31,660 nt of DNA. It comes from a virus (lineage: Duplodnaviria > Caudoviricetes). Under the pieces are notes generated by a model. That model saw nothing but the letters and a program-made list of their open reading frames with translations, was not told the origin of the DNA and did not search any database. The stretch is taken from the IMG/VR virus record IMGVR_UViG_3300030207_001746, positions 1 through 31,660 of that record; one strand, 5' to 3'. Position 1 is the stretch's first letter. Each line of letters begins with the position of its first letter. The translations under genes were made by a program, and so were the position numbers. Shown here in pieces: positions 29,501 to 31,660 of the stretch.

Positions 29501-31076
29501 GTTTAATAATTGGATCAACGGTTCTGTTGGAGCTACGATGTTCTTGAATATGAGATCGGCTATGCTTCAGACTATATCCGCAACAAACTACATTAACTGG
29601 TCGTTTAACAATCCGGTTGCTGCGGCAAGAGCATTTGGTAACCAAAAACAATATTGGAAAGATTTTTCTATGTTATGGAACTCACCAATGCTTAAGCAAA
29701 GAAGATCTGGTCTTGAGTATAACGTGCAAGAAGCTGAGCTTGCAGCTGCTATGGCTGGCCAGAAAAACAAGGCTAAAGCAGCTGTTGCTTGGTTAATTAA
29801 AAAAGGATTTACGCCTACGCAAGTTGCTGATAGTTTTGCAATATGTGGCGGTGGTGCTACCTACTATAGAAATAAAGTAAGAGAGCTTACGAAGCAAGGC
29901 GTAAGTAAAGCTGAGGCTCAAGAAAGAGCTTTTTTAGAATTCCAAGAGTTAACAGAAACTAATCAGCAATCATCGAGAGCAGATCTTATATCTCAACAAC
30001 AAGCGTCTGGTTTAGGTAGAACTATACTTGCGTGGTCTAATACACCTATGCAGTATATGCGTATACAAGAAAAAGCGGCTAGAGATATAGTAAACGGTAG
30101 AGGTGACTTAAAAGCTAACATGTCTAAGATCGCTTATTACGGAGTTATACAGTCAGCTATATTCTCTTCATTACAAAACGCTTTGTTTAGATGGGGACTA
30201 GAGGAAGAAGACGAAAACAACGAAGCTGATAATAAAGATTTAAACGCATCTATTGATAGAACGGTAAATACAGTTATTGATTCTCAACTTAGAGGTACTG
30301 GTGTTCTTGGTGCAGCGCTAAGTGCTATACGTAACACGGTGCTTGAGTTTGAAAAGCAAGAGGCGAAAGCTTATGACGATAGTTTTTTGAGCTCTCCAGA
30401 TCACAGTAGAACTGTTCTTCAGCTAACTAGTTTTTCTCCTGTTATAAGTTCTAAGTTACGTAAGCTATACTCAGCAGGTAATGAATGGAACTATAATAGA
30501 GAGGCTATAAGCGAGATGGGTTTTGATATTGATAATCCTGCTATACACGCTGGCGCAAACGTACTTGAAGCTGTAACTAACTTGCCTTTCGCTAGACTTG
30601 TACAGAAAGTAGATAACATACAAGGCGTGCTAGATAGTAATAACGAAACTTGGCAACGCGTGGCGTTATTAATGGGTTATCCTAAGTGGCAGCTTGGTAT
30701 TGAAGATACGGAAGTTGAAGAAGCTAAGCAAAGAGGTAGAGATAGGATCAAAGCTATAAAAGACGCTGAAAGAGAGATAGAAAAACAACAAAAAGAGATA
30801 GTAAAAGCAGATGAAGAGCTTGCGGAAATAGAAGATAATATACTTGACCAGGACGAGGAGAGAGAGCAAGGCGCGAAAGAAGTTCAATGCGCTGCGGTAA
30901 GTAGATCCGGTAAGCGATGTTCAAATATGGCTTTACCTGGTGAAAACTTCTGCACAATACATATGCCAGTGCCGCAGCAAAAAGATGAGGTACAGTGCTC
31001 ACATATAAAGAAAGACGGCAAACGTTGTAAAATGAAAACTAAAAATAAATCAGGAAAATGCTACTACCACGATTAA
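20511..31076 (+). CDS. Giant internal virion/ejection polyvalent protein (3521 aa): zincin HExxH, sigma-like module, EHxxP module, HAD phosphatase, two CCCH Zn fingers
   Basis: Uninterrupted 10.5-kb ORF in the third ejection-gene slot. HELGH at aa 1382; DFDETL at aa 2577 with LTAR and FVDD; RLAS at aa 1563, 2042, 2538 and 2739; two C-x9-C-x10-C-x2-H motifs at the C-terminus. Confidence 0.8.
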   Translation: MQELYTKLFQQELYTNSFEQFKIDYGSPEGARELYNKLAVQSDLYTNSFSDFQRDYSIGLPESQPTSQGNTVKRNIGSTMLDVGVTRSSATEEDNTTTGLFGTQIKSTFDVSQNIQMPEVSYDMPDTTGVIDFDQSLLNLSLDVPEPTTSQVPEYTNENDPFGLAASLGIDTGTPEYQRMLELAALLREAEQKRLEGPTPMQISEEEQRITDLMMYGEEPVEEEPSEEDKEKEALIAKMREEGAGILESQQQGYSSEENLVRANNAEKPEIQGINNWYTENSDRLNKIELDTPVISPNATAEEIQKAQEAMQEQWSNKVEELYNQEVVEPYNEALKVYQKAVATKEKTKAREIVTEVINNNIGGWWSEENMAKNLKEVLPVEYQIEEGIGEYSEGTATRLSVNNITITNSHGVARNFNLRSSTEFAKELFEFLEEDPTLTDEKGEEWVEQKEAFSRNWLDNYFGEGGSGFHAFMDDPQRVEDIQAGIITIDDALKEIKGRLGTEDAWTLFGEKVRQAYPALTDSDIDHIIKERYHAEIEAHKNKGLDNLAAGFDERLLQGDITLTELHPGVPVGEHDPDRNTLNYNVNVYQAKEGRTVSIKDAEQFFKTYTASQINTIEDPLMRELASINMLLDNQENLRYAEIQFYLNKRDQIIQQIKEEGGEYEMLFDLTTGQLIRPVGKDNPFVTENTEDVTGEIQQQEKELRAEFASNPHLTPRDMAREAYEKNAKALAVLNAQLNEVQRFEFYRPELTLEERVQVSEPSTRAGVDVRDMTVREALIKSNYADGAEDFIEYHTDAFGSKVQGGQIMYFHAFSADGVAQRNILRQQMRDLKIQQEALKRIYLLNEDVISIEKNNAQNYTKLAIMSLPFAGTIGNMLAPETMAFGGVPTEREVIDEYIPTLTNAGIEIRGDQKAYVDRSFGEQFGEGLASSAGILVEFAIANKAAAALRTARIFSGGTKSLDMILKAHKAKRYWNGKQALTVAQATAAANNAKLPLSVYLAQGGYNATKSASLASKVGVFLTESTIEGAKFASLPSSSGARLESFATGFGFGGATQILSPMLGTINASTFSPAFQKTRFGAMMANNAPRLEKIYNLAFKGPLSFTVGSEVGELGLALTDDLMGYEEFSGMIEEHYGDGSSNLQRWASNWAMGTAFGFTHAAAYKKAGTIESLREAKKEAEDAIFETRDNYVIRNKKTGEVFEAPSKKNYQTKDFEIIERPGMRKWRTKKKNGEPMTQEYLVDMYQLSQNLSQQLRRSEDGLDLIDRTIGASRLKTRTLEQVKHYKEKGANVEVEYGSPETYIIRDKRTGKVREVNKKPSGSGAANYEILMEPMGNRNAEVYYKDKDGNIMDVGLMGKKVKGSTVVVRYNVEKFAEGYAPHELGHSGMEILFGTNARFKSDFVQKLMGIAKEIKLGVGPDGELPLFENLYDQIVEQNRLFDVEKTPWEAAKAKDWELFSHIAEHLSKPENLRELRKANAFGKVRDLVRQTVGKELNQEYNFTKEADIVEFFGNYIESINRGKNSLKVLEHLQDVIAEPSSPEAREMERLYNEQGIHFTETSRLASESNRRRDLIKENVDLFKNKPEGYEAKMQENIQAIRSIDDLLVINRPAQNESDNARKERVNRIHAGHKDVMFSKDLVGRDAQRQGEAIDAIISSYRGKTIAVAKSQGRFETPTFENMSKSEREDFAWDITRPELLKHLDAFNRKFRETDGKEGIENDDLDAYLNSYIVNKLGTALKRPGIEKTEFTGTTTDLKPGQEPAYTPSEMKLNNKTDARLRIDIRERLTDNAPEERKSKIQEGIKEHGKFVKDYIETTSDAPTSYRDLKNIKTPKEIVDKVFGKNTAERIETIGRTLDIAKKSALPEGTLSTRTGNVELEGKAIGVANTLQTINIAKKGQPANYKEVLYGTPKKFAEFVSKETGRLTAEADPTGQGNTPKELLKLSRAETLKRLGIKEVEVGGGEVRYDIDNTLAKEYASEPGSKSEKAIARNIEGIRKNYMEEVVRGMTYQVAMENLPAVSQKLGIATEILANQISAGKARLASKTLEMKDFTEQMEFLDQIESKEFKDLYEKAVAEREEKAFEHAMITHFANNPVENISKTDIKNIAKQLEAQFTFTTMTPKRAIEASMKAIAYPKSLQSIEAKYGFEALETKNLYDTIEGIREGQAAFTMEGGIIETLTRTKGKGAFEALIKEGVSKGAGLGTYRSHREYEVRNKRTGKVTKTNKRPSKSEIENAENPLEILSETLIKTAEQNMIEGNTEFRSDNRFALFETAAKAQEAADGVYARLESEGVKLKDYEGSSRANSDAVGKKKRVLEGVTGKDGAWDLKAREEFDRIGEENKKALFDGKGKSSVVEAMKDMYVNGDITYRQVRQIVEGQGGPMEGLIKKSASLAVLPETSRADIEAVYGKNWVLEHTTPAQYVKARIYDYILSGGKAPQAKALKLTLRDYHTTLIPESLDTMVNKILKTDLPSFHVPGMDPIESRYYMANHKSPFDLSLVNYRNNKVYSKTGLSVAEISRRGAMLRESYAEMISPRLASKNLEPTRMLEQMETMKKAVANSRNPRAKKKGMSTFDFDETLIVDGENFVVATKDGKRVEISSEKWPIEGPKYAEQGYEFDFSDFANVRGGTDGPLLQKMRNQISKYGSNNVFVLTARQQASAEPIHSWLKSKGIDIPLENITGLGKSEGAAKAQWMLEKFAEGYNDMYFVDDALPNVEAVREVLSQLDIKSNVQQARRLASKDMNLEFNQMIERKTGIGYQKIFSGAKGKMLGKRRYTQSIVVPGAQDFMGLMQNFMGKGKRGDADRAFFEENLVKPFARATKEMNEARQRSSEDLKALYKDIPSVKRKLNKRLPGSAFTYDQAIRTYLWEKNGFNIPELSMRDLKSLTDVVNKDVELRNFAEQLNMIGKGTWVEPSANWIGETIVSDLFNLNNKARRAEYLQEWQENIDTIFSPTNLNKIEATQGSKFREALEDSIYRMKTGSNRPTGANRLTNQFNNWINGSVGATMFLNMRSAMLQTISATNYINWSFNNPVAAARAFGNQKQYWKDFSMLWNSPMLKQRRSGLEYNVQEAELAAAMAGQKNKAKAAVAWLIKKGFTPTQVADSFAICGGGATYYRNKVRELTKQGVSKAEAQERAFLEFQELTETNQQSSRADLISQQQASGLGRTILAWSNTPMQYMRIQEKAARDIVNGRGDLKANMSKIAYYGVIQSAIFSSLQNALFRWGLEEEDENNEADNKDLNASIDRTVNTVIDSQLRGTGVLGAALSAIRNTVLEFEKQEAKAYDDSFLSSPDHSRTVLQLTSFSPVISSKLRKLYSAGNEWNYNREAISEMGFDIDNPAIHAGANVLEAVTNLPFARLVQKVDNIQGVLDSNNETWQRVALLMGYPKWQLGIEDTEVEEAKQRGRDRIKAIKDAEREIEKQQKEIVKADEELAEIEDNILDQDEEREQGAKEVQCAAVSRSGKRCSNMALPGENFCTIHMPVPQQKDEVQCSHIKKDGKRCKMKTKNKSGKCYYHD
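20517..20678 (+). repeat. Tandem ~24-aa peptide repeat (two copies) at the N-terminus of the giant protein
   Basis: ELYTKLFQQELYTNSFEQFKIDY (20517-20585) versus ELYNKLAVQSDLYTNSFSDFQRDY (20607-20678). Confidence 0.85.
24084..27251 (+). repeat. Three dispersed copies of a ~30-aa basic module inside the giant protein
   Basis: YVIRNKKTGEV...PS...FEIIE (24084-24170), YIIRDKRTGKV...KPS...YEILME (24417-24509) and YEVRNKRTGKV...RPS...LEILSE (27147-27251). Confidence 0.8.
30888..31070 (+). repeat. Two tandem C-x9-C-x10-C-x2-H zinc-finger-like motifs
   Basis: CAAVSRSGKRCSNMALPGENFCTIH (30888-30962) and CSHIKKDGKRCKMKTKNKSGKCYYH (30996-31070), each preceded by EVQ. Confidence 0.85.
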
Positions 31077-31660
31077 GTTTATTACTAACCTTACTATTTA
31101 GCTGTACAGTACTACAAGCTCAAGAGTTAAAGAAAGCATTTAAGTTTTCTACTTTTTATGCAGCTGTCAATGGAGGTAACTCCGTGTCAGATCAGACTGT
31201 ATACTCTGTTACTAACGGGCTAACTCAAGAAACTATAGCAACACCGTTTGACTATAGCTTATCTATGGGTGTTCGTAAAATCGCTAGGTTTGGTTATGAA
31301 AACAGAGCTAACGCTTTTTATGACGGATCAGAGACATCTTGGTCTGCTGATGCTAATATAGGTAAGCGAAACGGTATAGAGTTTCTTGGAGAAGTTACAT
31401 ACGAAAGACAGCAAGGCCGGGAGTTCTTTAATCAACACCACTTTTTTCGTTACATCGGAGATAAAGTTATGGCAAAGGTTGAATACCTTGAAGACGGGTT
31501 TGCAGACATTGAATACTTTGAAGGATCACAACGATTTCGACTTAAGCTTGGTAACAAGTTTTCTTTGCACGCAGGTGTCGCACAACGTATCTCAGAGCCT
31601 TACGGATATGATCCACTTGAAGAGTGGAAGCTGGCAACAGGAGACATACACTATACTTAC
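31058..31660 (+). CDS. Secreted protein with signal peptide, probable outer-membrane beta-barrel (3'-truncated; absent from the ORF track)
   Basis: Manual translation gives 201 open codons to the window end: MLLPRLSLLLTLLFSCTVLQA-QELKKAFKFSTFYAAVNGG...FDYSLSMGVRKIARFGYE...IEFLGEVTYERQQG...FSLHAGVAQR. It overlaps the giant gene by 19 nt. Confidence 0.75.
   Translation, partial: MLLPRLSLLLTLLFSCTVLQAQELKKAFKFSTFYAAVNGGNSVSDQTVYSVTNGLTQETIATPFDYSLSMGVRKIARFGYENRANAFYDGSETSWSADANIGKRNGIEFLGEVTYERQQGREFFNQHHFFRYIGDKVMAKVEYLEDGFADIEYFEGSQRFRLKLGNKFSLHAGVAQRISEPYGYDPLEEWKLATGDIHYTY

Noticed and set aside
291-31002. Numerous short minus-strand ORFs and nested plus-strand ORFs (443-652, 4670-4897) in the track
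   Set aside because: All overlap long, coherent plus-strand genes, have shadow-like composition and show no recognisable motifs.
1-31660. Stop-codon reassignment, as in some crAss-like phages
   Set aside because: Standard code 11 already gives near-complete coding density, including 6-kb and 10.5-kb ORFs, with no fragmentation by TAG or TGA.
1-31660. tRNA, rRNA, CRISPR array, integrase or transposase
   Set aside because: Intergenic gaps are at most about 70 nt and none of the relevant motifs or repeat-spacer patterns were seen.

Overview
This 31.7-kb window is the virion (late) gene block of a tailed dsDNA phage with a short, podovirus-type tail. The host is most likely Bacteroidota/Flavobacteria, inferred from AT-rich start regions without Shine-Dalgarno motifs, a Q-rule signal peptide and a gene order like that of crAss-like and Cellulophaga podoviruses. 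All credible genes lie on the + strand and are tightly packed. In order they are: 5'-truncated large terminase, portal, acidic scaffold-like protein, major capsid protein (followed by a UUCG terminator), a 286-aa protein, two adaptor/ring proteins, a 2059-aa muzzle/tail-stabilisation protein, a 718-aa beta-rich tail protein, a 121-aa protein that may be the detached muzzle C-terminus, a cupin, two ejection-type proteins, a 3521-aa giant protein, and a 3'-truncated secreted protein missing from the ORF track. The main finding is the architecture of the giant protein. An HExxH zincin-like protease is followed by modules separated by the peptide RLAS(K), which occurs four times with different codons each time. 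The modules are a sigma-factor-like module, an EHxxP nuclease-like module, an intact HAD phosphatase, and a helical C-terminal part ending in two CCCH Zn fingers. This suggests an injected, self-processing polyprotein that may carry its own sigma-like factor instead of a virion RNA polymerase. All family assignments are from motif reading and recall; no database searches were run.
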